NCBI GenBank assembly: GCA_030390025.1
Contig: CM059432.1
Span: forward strand, 42,968,001-43,032,000
Origin: Squalus acanthias
Taxonomy: Eukaryota
DNA: 64,000 bases
Reading direction: 5' to 3'
Under the pieces are notes generated by a model. The model worked only from the letters and a program-made list of their open reading frames with translations. It had not been told where the DNA came from and searched no databases. The position numbers and the translations under genes were made by a program. This document shows, piece by piece, positions 47,513 to 59,870 of this stretch; the stretch's first letter is position 1; every line of letters starts with the position of its first letter.

Positions 47513-47514
47513 AC
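45928..47514 (-). CDS. CR1 ORF2 RT domain and C-terminus (uninterrupted, 5'-truncated, start codon fortuitous)
   Basis: 528-aa open frame with KSPGPDG, YLDFQKAFD, GVPQGSVLGP, FADD. Confidence 0.85.
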   Translation of the reverse strand: MDKQGAIGGEELNTIKITKEVVLGKIMGLKADKSPGPDGLHPRVLKEVAVGIVDALVIIFQNSLDSAKVPADWKTANVTPLFKKGSRQKAGNYRPVSLTSVVGKILESIIKETVTGHLDNHNLIGQSQHGFTKGKSCLTNLLEFFEEVTYRVDKGEPVDVVYLDFQKAFDKVPHKRLLLKVKNHGIGGNILAWIEDWLSNRKQRVGINGSFSDWQSVTSGVPQGSVLGPQLFTIYINDLEEGTKCNISKFADDTKMGGKVVNEEDIKNLQGDIDRLSKWAEIWQMEYNTGKCEVMHFGRKNPRAIYYLNGKKLESTEVQRDLGVLVHETQKVSMQVQQVIKKANGMLAFIARGIEYKNREVLLQLYKVLVRPHLEYCIQFWCPYLRKDILALEAVQKRFIRLIPGMRGWSYEERLGRLGLYSLEFRRMRGDLIETYKIVKGLDRVDAGRMFPMTGETRTRGHSLRIRGCSFKTEMRRNYFTQRVVGPWNMLPQKAVEATTLIKFKTEIDSFLEVKGIKGYGERAGIWT

Positions 47515-50253
47515 ATGGCGTCACAGTGCCATGCCCGGGCCACGGATAACTACTCGGCACTCCTGGCCGAATTCCCGGCCCTTACCAATCCGACCTTCTC
47601 CGCGGAGGCCGCCAAACATGGGGTGGAACACTTCATCCCCACCACAGGCCCCCCAGTGTACGCCCACGCCCGCAGGCTGGACCCGGCCAAACTGGAGATC
47701 GTGCGGACCGAGTTTGCCACCATGGAACAGCCCTGCATCATCCGCCGCTCCAACAGTCCCTGGGCCTCCCCACTCCACATCGCTCCCAAACCAGGCGGGG
47801 GTTGGCGCCCCTGCGGGGATTACCGCCGCCTCAACGACGCCACCACCCCTGATCGGTACCCCGTGCCGCACATCCAGGACTTCTTGGCTAGACTGGCCGG
47901 CCGCTCAGTCTTTTCCAAGGTCGACCTGGTGCGCGGCTACCACCAAGTCCCCGTCCACCCTGCGGACGTCCCCAAGACGGCCGTAATCACCCCCTTCTGC
48001 CTTTTCGAGTTCCTGCGGATGCCCTTCGGCCTCAAAAACGCGGCCCAGGCATTCCAACGGCTCATGGACTCGGTCCTTCGGGACCTGAAGTTCCTGTTCG
48101 TCTACCAGGACGACATCCTGGTAGCCAGTTCCTCCAAGCAGGAAAACCTTGAACAACTTCGCATCCTGTTCGGGCGCCTCAGCGACCACGGGCTCATCCT
48201 CAGCCCAGCCAAATGCCAGTTCGGCCTGGACAAGATCGACTTCCTCGGCCACCACATCACCCATGCTGGGGCCATTCCCCTGCCCACCAAGGTACAGGCC
48301 GTCCAACAATTTCCCCGCCCCACCACCATCAAAGGCCTCCAGGAGTTCCTCGGGATGGTGAATTTCTACAACCGCTTCATCCCCAAAGCGGCGTCCCTCA
48401 TGAGGCCCCTGTATGAAGCCCTCCGGGACAGGAGCGGCAAGATGGCGGTCGAATGGACGGCAGACGCGTCAGTCGCCTTCGACTCCACCAAGACCGCGCT
48501 CGCCAACGCCACCCTGCTCGCGCACCCACGGCCCAATGCCAGGGTAGCGCTCACCATGGACGCCTCCGACCACGTGGTCGGCGCCGTGTATGAGCAGTGG
48601 GTCGACGGCGCCTGGCAACCACTTGCCTTCTTCAGCCGCCAACTACGCCCCCCGGAGGTCAAGTACAGCACCTTCGACCGCGAGCTCCTCGCACTGTTCC
48701 TGGCGGTCCGCCATTTTCGGTTTTTGCTGGAGGGCCACCCCTTCACTGCGTTTGTCGACCACAAACCCCTGACATTCGCAATGGCAAAGACAACCGACCC
48801 CTGGTCCGCCAGGCAGCAGCGCCAGCTCGCGGCAGTGTCCGAGTTCACCACGGACATCCAACACGTCTCTGGCCGAGACAATGTGGTAGCCGACTGCCTC
48901 TCCCGCCCCGCCATCCACGCCGCACACCTGGCAGTCGACTACGCTCAACTCGCAGCAGACCAGATCACCGACCCTGATCTGCTCTCCGCACCTACCAACC
49001 TACCAGTGCTACGCCTGGCCGACGTCGTCTGTGGCCCGACCGCAGTCACGGTCAAGTGCGACATATCCCTATGTCAACCTCGGCCCGTCGTCCCAGCGTC
49101 CTGGCGCCGCCGGGTATTCGAGATTCTCCACAACCTCTGCCACCCCGACGCCCGCGCATCCATCAAATTGGTAGCCAACCGCTTTGTCTGGCGCGGCCTT
49201 CGCAACGATGTGCATACTTGGGCCAACTCCTGCCTAGCCTACCAACGGGCCAAGGTGCAGCAACACACGAAAGCACCCCTCGAGGAGTTTACCGTCCCTT
49301 CGCGTAGATTCGACCACATCCACGTGGACATCGTCGGGCCCCTGCCGCCGTCGCAAGGCCACACGCACTTGCTGACGATCGTTGACCGCACCACGCGCTG
49401 GCCCGAGGCAATTCCACTGACCTCTACCACCACCGCCGACATCGCCAGAGCCTTCGTCAGCACCTGGGTCGCACGGTTCGGCGTCCCCTCCGACATGACA
49501 TCGGACAGAGGTCCGTAATTTACCTCTGAACTCTGGACCACCGTCGCACGCAATCTCGGGGTGACCATTCACCGCACCACAGCGTACCACCCCCAAGCCA
49601 ACGGACTGTGTGAGCGGTTCCACAGATCCTTGAAGGCATCTCTTCGAGCCAGCCTCCAGGACGGCGCCTGGACCGACCAACTCCCGTGGGTCCTCCTCGG
49701 CCTGCGCACCGTGGTTAAAGAAGACCTCCATGCATCGGCAGCAGAGCTCGTGTACGGTCAGCCGCTGCGCGTACCCGGCGAGTTCATGCCCACCGCCACG
49801 ACACCCTGGTCAGCCGACCAGCAACGCCACGACTTCGCCTCACCGGCGCTACAGTTTGCCCCGGTGCCCATTGCCCGACACGGTGAATCCACCTCACACG
49901 TCCCACTAAGCCTGCACCAGGCACGGTTCGTTTTCGTCCGGCATGACGCCGACCGTGGACCCCTTCAACCCCCGTACGACGGGCCCTACAAGGTGCTACA
50001 GGCTGGGGACAAATTTTTCACCCTGCAAGTGGGCGACAGGACCGAAAAAGTGTCGGTTGACCGACTCAAGCCAGCACACTCGGAGCCCGGTGAGCAGGTC
50101 CCTGCAGCTCGTCCACCGCCACGCGGCCGACCTGCCCTCAAGCCAGTTCACCCGGCTGCTCCACGCCCGGCCGTTCCACGTCCACCGGCTTCCTGCAAGA
50201 GCCGCTCCGGCCGGCCCATCAGACCGCCGCACCATCTCGTCCACACCTCCTAA
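47513..50253 (+). pseudogene. pol: Pol (RT-RNase H-integrase) of the CsRn1-like element
   Basis: DLVRGYHQ, MPFGLKNA, YQDD, DAS, HVDIVGP; premature TAA at 49516-49518 in DRGP*F; GLCERFH; PYDGPY. Confidence 0.92.
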
Positions 50254-50834
50254 GCGGATTCTGGGGGGAGCTGTGTGGCGGATCGCCACCTAAACGGGCG
50301 CAATCCACTTTTCCGTCCGTGGACAATAAACCGGGCACCTTGCCTTTAAGGCGCATGCTGCCTTTAAGGCATGAAAAAAGGAGTGGGCGTGGCCTCAGGG
50401 TTTTGCAGAGAAATGTGGTAACAGCCATTTTGCCAAGGAGATGTATTAAAAAGCCATGTGTTCCACATATTGACTCGGCCTCAATTCGTGCTACGCGGCA
50501 GCCCCAACAAACCCATCTCAAATGCCCTTACAATCTCTCATATATGCCACTTTCATTAAGTAACTGGATAATTTTAACAATGCTCTTCAGTGAACTTACA
50601 AGCCGAGAACTCCTTGATTAGTGAGTCTAAGAAATATAAACAATTTCCAAGCATAAACAAATATAAGAATGTGAGTTGATTGACACTTGTCCACCTTCTC
50701 AACACTTCAAATTGGAGATTTTCTTACACTCGCCCCTTGACGTACAGTAGGTGGTAGATTCAGTGCTAACTCTGACTGCAGGAATTGGCTCTTCTGCCTG
50801 CTGCACTCTCTGTGTGGTACCCTTTAAACCAGTA

Positions 50835-51432
50835 CAAAAAAAGCAACTTGCATTTATATAGCGCCTTTAATGTAGTAAAACGTTCCAAGTCACTTCACAG
50901 GAGTGTTATCAAACAAAATTTGACACCAAGCCACATAATGAGATATTAGGACAGGTGAAGAGGTAGGTTTTAAGGAGTGTCTTAAAGGAGAAGAGAGAGG
51001 TCGAGGGGCGGAGAAGCTTAGGGATGGAATTCCAGAGCCTAGTGCCCAGGCAGCTGAAGGCACGGCTACCAATGGTGGAGCGATTAAATTCAGAGATGCG
51101 CGAGAGGACAGAACTGGAAGAGAAACAAGATCTCGGAGGGTTGTAGGGCTGGAGGAGGTTACAGAGATAGGGAGGGGCGAGGCCATGGAAGGATTTGAAA
51201 ACTAGGATGAGAATTTTAAAATCGAGGTGATGCCGGACTGCAAGCCAGTTTGGGTCAGACAGGGGTGATGGGTGAATAGGAATTGGTTCGAGTTAGGATA
51301 CGGGCAGCAGTGTTTTCGATGAGTTCAAGTTTATGGAGAGTGGAAGATGGGAGGCCGGCCAGGAGAGCTTATGGAATAGTCAAGTCTAGGGGTAACAAAG
51401 ACACGGATGAGGGTTTCAGCAACAGTTGAGAA
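50835..51432 (-). mobile_element. L2 LINE 3' portion
   Basis: Reverse complement of the L2 3' end at 9200-9800. Confidence 0.85.
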
Positions 51433-52611
51433 GACATTTGGATGTTCCCTCACAGCATCTGCAATATCTGTAAGACTTTGTTTGTGAAGTGGTGTTTTCA
51501 GGTTCACCTTGCTCCCTACATCAGGGCACAAATCTAACACAGTTCTCAGCTACATTTCATAGAAACATAGAAACATAGAAGATAGGAGTAGGAGTAGGCC
51601 ATTCGGCCCCTCGAGCCTGCTCCGCCATTTAATGAGATCATGGCTGATCATCCAAATTCAGTACCCTGTCCCTGCCTTCTCCCCATATCCCTTGATCCCT
51701 TTAGCCTTAAGAAATATATCTAACTCCTTCTTGAATATATTTAATGAGTTGGCCTCAACTGCCTTCTGTGGTAGAGAATTCCACAGGTTCACCACTCTTT
51801 AGGTGAAGAAATTCCTCCTCATCTCTGACCTAAATGGCTTACCCCTTATCTTTAGACTGTGACCCCTGGTTCTGGACACCACGGCCATCGGGAACATCCT
51901 TCCTGCATCTAGTCTGTCTAGTCCTGTTAGAATTTTATAAGTTTCAATGAGAGCCCCTCTCATTCTTCTAAACTCCAGCGAGTATAAGCCCAATCGACCC
52001 AATCTCTCCTCATACGTCATTCCTGCCATCCCAGGTATCAGTCTGGTGAATCTTCGCTGCACTCCCTCCATGGCAAGAACATCCTTTCTCAGATAAGGCG
52101 ACCAAAACTGCACACCATACTCAAGATGTGGTCTCACCAAGGCTCTGTACAACTGCAGCAAGACATCCTTGTTCCTGTACTTGAACCCTCTCGCTACGAA
52201 GGCCAACATACCATTTGCCTTCTTAACCGCCTGCTGCACCTGCATGCTTACCTTCAGCGACTGGTGCACAAGGACACCCAGGTCTCGTTGCACTTCCCCT
52301 TCTCCCAATCTATTGCCGTTCAGATAATAATCTGCCTTCCTGTTTTTGCCACCAAAGTGGATAACCTCACATTTATCCACATTATACTGCATTTGCCATG
52401 CCCAATCACCCAACCTGTCCAAATCATACTGGAGTTTCTCGGCATCCTCCTCGCAGCACACACGCCCACCCAGCTTTGTGTCATCTGCAAACTTGGAGAT
52501 ATTACATCTAGTTCCCTCGTCTAGATCATTAATATATATTGTGAATAGCTGGGGTCCTAGGACCGATCCCTGCGGTACCCCACAGTGTCACTGCCTGCCA
52601 CTCGGAAAAAG

Positions 52612-53035
52612 ACATAGAAACATAGAATCTAGGAGCAGGAGTAGGCCATTCGGCCCGTCGAGCCTGCACCACCATTCAATACGATCATGGCTGATCATTC
52701 AAATCCAGTACCCTGTCCCTGCTTTAATCCCCACAGTACACATATCCTACCCGACCTCCGTAACCCCACGTATTTAATTCCCCCTAACATATCCCATCCT
52801 ATCCCCATAACCCCACATATTTAATCCCCCCCTAACACTAAGGGTCAATTTATCATAGCCAAATCAACCTAACCCGCACATTTTTGGACAGTGGGAGGAA
52901 ACCGGAGCACCCGGAGGAAACCCACGCAGACACGGGGAGAATGTGCAAACTCCACACAGACAGTCACCCGAGGTCAGATTCGAACCCGGGTCTCTGGCGC
53001 TGTGAGGCACCAGTGCTAACCACTATGCCACCATG
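52612..53035 (-). mobile_element. HE1/V-SINE with a CR1-derived tail
   Basis: tRNA-like head (GGTGGCATAGTGG..GGGTTCGAATC); V-domain GGAGTTTGCACATTCTCCCCGTGTCTGCGTGGGTTTCCTCCGGGTGCTCCGG; CR1 3' stem-loop tail. Confidence 0.85.
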
Positions 53036-54542
53036 TTGCCATAGTGGTTAGCACTGGTGCCCCATTTATTCCAACTCTTTGCTTCCTGTCTGCCAACCAG
53101 TTCTCTATCCAAGTCAGTACCCTGCCCCCAATCCCATGTGCCTTAACTTTACACGCTAATCTCTTATGCGGGACCTTATCGAAAGCCTTCTGAAAGTCCA
53201 AATACACCATATCCACTGGTTCTCCCTTATATATTTTACCAGTTACATCCTCAAAAAATTTCAGTGGATTAGTCAAGCACAATTTACCTTTTGTAAATCC
53301 ATGTTTATTTTGACCGATCCTGTCGCTGTTTTCCAAGTGCTCTGCTATTACATCTTTTATAATGGACTCTTGCATTTTCCCCACTACCGATGTTAGGCTT
53401 ACTGGTCTATAATTCCCTGTTTTCTCTCTACCACCCTTTTTGAATAGTGGGGTAACATTAGCTACCCTCCAATCCATGGGAACTATTCCAGAGTCTATAG
53501 AATTTTGGAAGCTGACCAGCAATGCATCTACTATTTCTAGGGCTACTTCCTTAAGTACCCTAGGATGTAGATTATCAGGCCCTGGGGATTTATCGGCCTT
53601 CAATCCCGTCAATTTCCCTAACACCATTTCCCTACAAATACTGATTTCTTTCAGTTACTCACTCTCATTAGACCCTATGTCCCCCGACATCTCTGGGAGG
53701 TTATTTGTGTCCTCCTGTTTGCCATTGCCTATCCACCGTCAACCCTTTGAGTAACATTCCCCAATCAATCCTACCCAATTTGCCCCTCATACCATCGTTG
53801 TTTCCTTTATTTAAATTCAGGACCCTAGTCTATGAGTCAAATACTTCACTCTCCATCTTAATGAACAATTCTATCGTATTATGATCGCTCCGCCCCAAGG
53901 GGCCTCGCACAACAAGATTGCTAATTATTCCTTTCTCATTACATAATACCCAGTCTAAGATGGCCTGATCTCTAGTTGGTTCCTCGACATATTGGTCCAG
54001 GAAACCATCCCGTATACACTCCAGGAATTCCTCCTCCACAGTATTGTTACTAATTTGGTTAGCCCAATCTATATGTAGATTAAAATCACCCATGATAACT
54101 GCAGTGCCCTTATTGCACGCGTCTCTAATTTCCCTTTTAATGCCATCCCCAACCTCCGCATTACTGTTTGGGGGTCTGTATACAACTCCCACTAACGTTT
54201 TCTGTCCCTTGGTATTTCTCAGCTCTACCCATACAGATTCTACATCATCAGAGCTAATATCCTTCCTTACAATTGTGTTAATCTCCTCTTTAACCAGCAA
54301 TGCTACCCCACCTCCTTTTCCTTTTTGCCTGTCTTTCCTGAATATTGAATACCCCTGGATGTTGAGTTCCCAGCCTTGGTCACCCTGGAGCCATGTTTCC
54401 GTAATCTCAATCATATCATATCATATCCGTTTACATCTATTTGCGCCGCTAATTCATCCACCTTATTACGAATGCTCCTCGCATTAAGACACAAAGCCTT
54501 CAGGCTTGTTTTTTTAACACTCTTAGACCTTTTAGAATTATT

Positions 54543-55390
54543 GGGGGAAAAATTCAGTTGGTTGCGCCTCCCGTTAGCGCCTTAAGAGTTTGCGCCGCTC
54601 GTGAAATTAACTAGACATTTTGCGGCGGCGCTAAACACTACCGCCACGATCTCCTGCACCGGCAGATCATGACGTCAATCGAGTGCGCAACGCCCCGGTA
54701 TCGCCCCGGAGCGGATATTGAGTGGCGCCCCCTGCCTTACCGCCTGACGCTAGCAACGACAGGTTGAGGGGAGCGTTCTGCAGTCATGAAGGGAAAGGGG
54801 GAGCGCTATTTAAAGGTGACCGCTTCCTGCCTTTTATTGTTGGTGCCATTTTTGAACTACGCATTCTGAGAGAGAGAGGCAGAGACTTCTGGAGAGATTC
54901 AACGTTGTGTGAAGGAGTTTTGGGTACTGAGCAGCACTTTGCAGGTTCATTTTGATTTGCCATTCCTTGTATCGATTTAGCAGAGACTGTGGGGGCTGCA
55001 CTCTGAGCTCTTGGCCTGGTACTCTCCATTGTTCTTTCCAGCACATTTGATGTGCAGGTCTCTCCAGGCCGAGATTCAAGGCTGCAATGAGCAGGATGTG
55101 GATGGAAAGAAAGATTAACCATCCCCTTTAAGAACTGGCCCATGCCATTGTGTGTGTGTTCCATTGTTGACTGACATTACATGAGCTTCGCCAGCGCTCT
55201 GAGATAGCGCCTCGCTCCTCGGCCTTTGCGCCTTAAGACAGGTGTGAAGCGCCTGATATAGCGCTGCAATCACCTCCAGGGGCGATAAAAGTGAAGTTTG
55301 CAGTCGGTGGCGATAATTAGCGCCAGGCGCTAATCTTTGCGCCCTGCCGATAATTGCGCCCCAAATGGGGCGATACTGAATTTCTCCCCC
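54543..55390. mobile_element. Harbinger MITE/derivative inserted in the CR1
   Basis: TIR GGGGGA(A/G)AAATT; TSD ATT (54540-54542, 55391-55393). Confidence 0.92.
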
Positions 55391-55530
55391 ATTGTTTACT
55401 GTGGCCATGTTTGATTTAAACCCTTGATTTCTCTGACTGCCACTTTTGCTTTTCTCCTTCCTGTCTTTTGCTTCTATCCTTGTTTCCCTTTCCTCTGTCT
55501 CCCTGCACAGATTCCCAACCCCCTGCCATT

Positions 55531-56397
55531 TTAGTTTAAACCCTCCCCCACTGCACTATCAAACACTCCCCCTCGGACATCGGTCCCAGTCCTGCCCAGG
55601 TGCAAACCGTCCATTTTGTACTGGTCCCACCTCCCCCAGAACCGGTTCCAAAGACCCAGGAATTTGAATCCCTCCCCCTTGCACCATTCCTCTAGCCACG
55701 TATTCATCTGAAATATCCTTCTATTTCTACTCTGACTAGCACATGGCATTGGTAGCAATCCTGAGATTACTACCTTTGAGATCCTATTTTTAAATTTACC
55801 TCCTAACTCCGTATATTCAGCTTTTAGGACCTCATCCCATTTTTTACCTATATCGTTGGTACCTATATGCACCACGACAACTGGCTGTTCACCCTCCCCC
55901 TCCAAAATGCTCTGTAGCGGCTCCGAGACATCCTTGACCCTTGCACCAGGGAGGCAACATACCATCCTGGAGTCTCGTTTGTGGCCGCAGAAACGCCTAT
56001 CTATTCCCCTTACAATAGAATCCCCTATCACTATAGCTCTCCCACTCTTTTTCCTCACGTCCTGTGCAGCAGAACCACCCATGGTGCCAGGAAGTTGGCT
56101 GCTGCTGCCTTCCCCTGATAAGCCATCTCCCGCAACAATATCCAATGCGGTATATCTGTTTGAGAGGGGGATGGCCACAGGGGACCCCTGCACTACCTGC
56201 CTGCGCCTACTACTCTGCCTGGTGGTCACCCATTCCCTTCCTGCCTGTGCAGCCTTTACCTGCGGTGTGACCACCTCCCTAAACGTGCTATCCACGAGGT
56301 CCTCAGCATTGCGAATGCTCCAGTATGTATCCATTCGCAGCTCCAGCACCTCAATGCGGTCTGTCAGTAGCTGCAGCTGGATACACTTCCTGCACAC
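55531..56397 (-). CDS. CR1 ORF1p with SGNH/GDSL esterase domain (N-terminus truncated)
   Basis: CRKC followed by a coiled coil; VIGDS, HIGTND, DGLH motifs. Confidence 0.85.
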   Translation of the reverse strand: MCRKCIQLQLLTDRIEVLELRMDTYWSIRNAEDLVDSTFREVVTPQVKAAQAGREWVTTRQSSRRRQVVQGSPVAIPLSNRYTALDIVAGDGLSGEGSSSQLPGTMGGSAAQDVRKKSGRAIVIGDSIVRGIDRRFCGHKRDSRMVCCLPGARVKDVSEPLQSILEGEGEQPVVVVHIGTNDIGKKWDEVLKAEYTELGGKFKNRISKVVISGLLPMPCASQSRNRRIFQMNTWLEEWCKGEGFKFLGLWNRFWGRWDQYKMDGLHLGRTGTDVRGGVFDSAVGEGLN

Positions 56398-56850
56398 ATG
56401 GTCGTTTCCTCACCATGCACTATTTCTACACATACAACAACAACTTTTACTTATATAGTGCCTTTAACATAGTAAAATGTCCAAAGGTGCTTCAATATAC
56501 ATCTATTTAACTAGTCGATGGGTGATTCATTCTTGAAGCTACATTCTGATGACACAAAACGTGGAGGTATAGTGAACAGTGAGGAGGATAGTGATAGACT
56601 TCAAGAAGGCATAGACAGGCTGGTGAAATGGGCGGACACATGACAGATGAAATTTAACGCAGAAAAGTGCGAAGTGATACATTTTGGTAGGAAGAACGAG
56701 GAGAGGCAATCTAAACTAAAGGGTACAATCCTAAAGGGGGTGCAAGAACAGAGAGACTTGGGGATATATGTGCACAAATCGTTGAAGGTAGCAGGGCAGG
56801 TTGAGAAAGCGGTTAAAAAAGCATACGGGATACTGGGCTTCATAAATAGA

Positions 56851-57580
56851 ATTGAGAGGTCGCACAACACCAGGTTATAGTCCAACAGTTTTATTTTAAA
56901 TCACAAGCTTTCAGAGTTACAACTCCTTCGTCGGGTGAAGTGAGGAGATACAGAATCGTCAAAGCATATATAGATAGAGAACAATGCATGTGTAACTTAC
57001 AATTGCAGACAGCTGAATTCAATCATCTGCCGAGGTGTGATAAAGTTAATCAGGTCAGCCAGGAAGGTACCACATCAAAGACATAGCAAGATACAACTGA
57101 GACAATGAGGTGGAATCGCATGGGGTCTAACGTGTCAAAAGCTGCCGTCTGTATGTAAAACGATTAACTTTAAAATTTTTACTTTTTTACTGGGAATCAC
57201 ATCTGTGAACAAGCCAACGACGACTCGAGTCCGGATCACGTCATGTATCGTGACATAAACCCAAGATCCCGATTGAGACCGTCTTCATGAGTGCGGAACT
57301 TGGCTATCAGTTTCTGCTCGATGATTTTGCGTTGTCGTGTTTTCCTAAGGCCGCCTTGGAGAACGCTTACCCGCAGATCCGAGGCTGAATGTCCTTGACT
57401 GCTGAAGTGTTCCCCGACTGGGAGGCAACAATCCTGCCTGGCGATTGTTGCGCGGTGCTCGTTCATACGTTGTCTCAGTGTCTGCATGGTCTCGCCGATG
57501 TACCATGCCGCGGTGCATTCTTTCCTGCAACGTATGAGGTAGACAACGTTGGCCGAGTCACATGAGTATGTACCATGTAC
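56851..57580 (-). mobile_element. Penelope-like element 3' fragment (GIY-YIG endonuclease and 3' region)
   Basis: NVVYLIRC..WYIGET..LRQRMNEHR..GLNRD; 10-bp flanks CATAAATAGA/CATAGATAGA. Confidence 0.9.
56901..56938 (-). ncRNA. Degenerate minimal hammerhead ribozyme motif
   Basis: TCAC-CCGACGA-AGGAGTT/AACTCT-GAA-AGCT-T-GTGA; core U4 replaced by C. Confidence 0.6.
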
Positions 57581-58696
57581 CATAGATAGAGGCATAGAGT
57601 ACAAATGCAAGGAAGTTATGATGAACCTTTATAAAACACTGGTACGGCCTCAACTGGAGTATTGTGTCCAATTCTGGGCACCGCACTTTAGGAAGGATAT
57701 GAAGGCCTTAGAGAAGGTGCAGAAAAGATTTACGAGAATGATTCCAGGGATGAGGGACTTCAGGTACGTGGATAGACTGGAGAAGCTGGGGTTGTTCTCC
57801 TTAAAGCAGAGAAGGTTGAGAGGAGATTTGATAGAGGTGTTCAAAATCATGCGGGGTCTAGACAGAGTAGATAGAGAGAAACTGTCCCCATTGGCAGAAG
57901 AGTTGAGAACCAGAGGACAAAGATTCAAGGTGATTGGAAAAAGAACTAAAGGCGACATGAGGAAAAACTTTTTTACGCAGCGAGTGGTTAGGATCTGGAA
58001 TGCACTGCCTGAAAGGGCGGTGGAGGCAGACTGAATTGTGGCTTTCAAAAGGGAATTGGATAAGTACCTGAGGGGAAAATATTTGCAGGGCTACGGAGAA
58101 AGGGCGGGGGAATGGGACTAGCTGAAGTGCACTTGCAGAGAGCCAGCATAGGCTCGATGGGCCAAATGGCCTCCTTCTGTGCTGTAACTATTCTATGATT
58201 CTTTGGGGGAGAAATTGGGCACCTTAGCGCCTCCCGTTAGTACCTCCAGGGGGCGTTAACGTGGCGCTACTGGCTTTGCGACCAGGCGCGGCAATAGTAC
58301 CGACGCCCGTGACATTGAGGTGGAGGTTTGCGGTGGCGGTAACCACCAGCGCCACGGTCTCCTGTGGCCGGACAGCGTGACGTTATTCGGGTGCGGAGTG
58401 CCTCAGCAGCGCCCCGGCTCTGAAATTCACTCTCGCCCCCTGCCTGAGAACCTGCCATTAGCAACGACAGGTAGAGGAGGCGGTATGCAGTCAGATGAGC
58501 GCTGAAGGAGCGCTATATAAAGGCGTCAACTTCCGGTTTTTTTATTCGGCAAAGAATGCTGCCTTGTCAGTTTGACAATCACAAACAGACATTTTGAGCG
58601 ATTTGAGCGTTTTCAACTTGAATGACTATTCTGGCTGAGAAAAATTTATCACTTTCATTTGGGTTACATGTGATAGTGCAACATTTCCATCATTTA

Positions 58697-59870
58697 ATGG
58701 GGGCTGTACCGGCACTGGACCTCGCCCTCCAGCGTCACCGTCGGAGGCAGCGGAGGCAGAGAGGAAGATTGCAAAATGTGGCCAGAGGGAGGAGGGCCAA
58801 CAGGGCTCTCAACAGGAGGCCTTACCCTCCCAGGGTATTCCGGCAGCATTTTTCCTACATCAATCTCACTGAGGAGCAGTGTCTTAGAAGGCTCCGCCTG
58901 ACCAAGGACATGGTCACAGAGCTCTGCTACCTCCTGCAGCCAGACCTCGAGCCTCACATCAGGAGCCCCACGTCTCTCTCAGTGGCAGTCAAGATCATCG
59001 TCGCCCTCAATTTCTTCATCAGCGGATCCTCCCAGTGTGCTACAGGAGACATATCTAACATCTCCCAGTTTGCCGTCCATTACTGCATTCGAGAGGTCAC
59101 AGATGCTCTCTACAGAAGGAGAAGGGACTACATTTCCTTCCCCATGACCAGAGAGAAGCAGCATGAGCGTGCACGTGGCTTTGCCAGGATAGCGGGCTTC
59201 ACCATGGTGCAGGGCACCATTGACTGCACATGTCGCTTGGCGGGCACCTCATAACAATCCTGAGGTATTCCGTAACCGCAAAGGCTACCACTCACTTAAT
59301 GTGCAGTTGGTATGCGACCACACACAGCGCATCCTCACAGTCAATGCCTGCTATCCTGGCAGCAGCCACGATGCCTTCATCCAGCTTTGTTCCAGCCACC
59401 ACATAAAGCTAGCGGATGGCTGCTGGGAGACAAGGGCTATCCACTCTCCACCTGGCTCATGACTCCCCTCTGCAACCCCAGCACTCATGCCCAACATTCA
59501 TACAATGAGAGACATGCTGCCAACAGGAACATCATTGAGCAGACCATCGGGGTGCTCAAGCAACGATTCCGTTGCCTTGACCATTCGGGAGGAGCCCTCC
59601 AGTACTTGGCTGAGCAGGTGTCCCTTTTTGTTGTCATCTGCTGCATGCTGCACAACTTGGCCACCATGAGGGCGCAGCCATTGCCACCAGGCATAGCCAC
59701 ACCACCTCAGGAGGAGGAAGAGGAGAAGGAGGAGGAGGATGAGGATGAGGATGAGAACGAGGAGGAGGAGGAGTAACAGGAGCACCAACACCAGCGACGG
59801 AGGATTCAGCCACTCCATCGGCCTTGTGGAAGGGTGGTCATGACCGCCTCATCAGACTGCGGTTCCAATC
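58697..59870 (+). pseudogene. Harbinger DDE transposase (HARBI1-like), frameshifted
   Basis: [49 protein letters not shown]; frameshifts at ~59230 and ~59385; TATA-like TATATAAA at ~58515. Confidence 0.92.

Larger units (their letters stand above)
44388..50509 (+). mobile_element. Full-length CsRn1/Kabuki-like Gypsy LTR retrotransposon interrupted by a CR1
   Basis: 236-bp LTRs at 44388-44623 and 50274-50509 (3 mismatches); TSD AACC; tRNA-Trp PBS; polypurine tract GGGGGGAG. Confidence 0.96.
51558..56402 (-). mobile_element. Near full-length CR1 LINE (ORF1 and ORF2; internal deletion at ~53715) hosting a SINE and a MITE
   Basis: ORF1 55531-56397; endonuclease 53830-54414 (ITETW, GDFN, SDH); RT 53016-53627 and 51799-52461; (CATAGAAA)n tail. 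Confidence 0.93.
56545..58202 (+). mobile_element. 5'-truncated CR1 LINE split by a Penelope fragment
   Basis: ORFs 56647-56880 and 57549-58034 rejoin at GFINR/GIEYK; TTCTATGATTCT tail. Confidence 0.9.

Noticed and set aside
47426..50293. Many overlapping and antisense ORFs in the CsRn1-like element
   Set aside because: Expected from high GC content and codon bias; no independent motifs.
58622..59776. Domesticated host HARBI1 gene
   Set aside because: Frameshifted, flanked by TIRs and paired with a Myb gene; related decayed copies occur in the same window.
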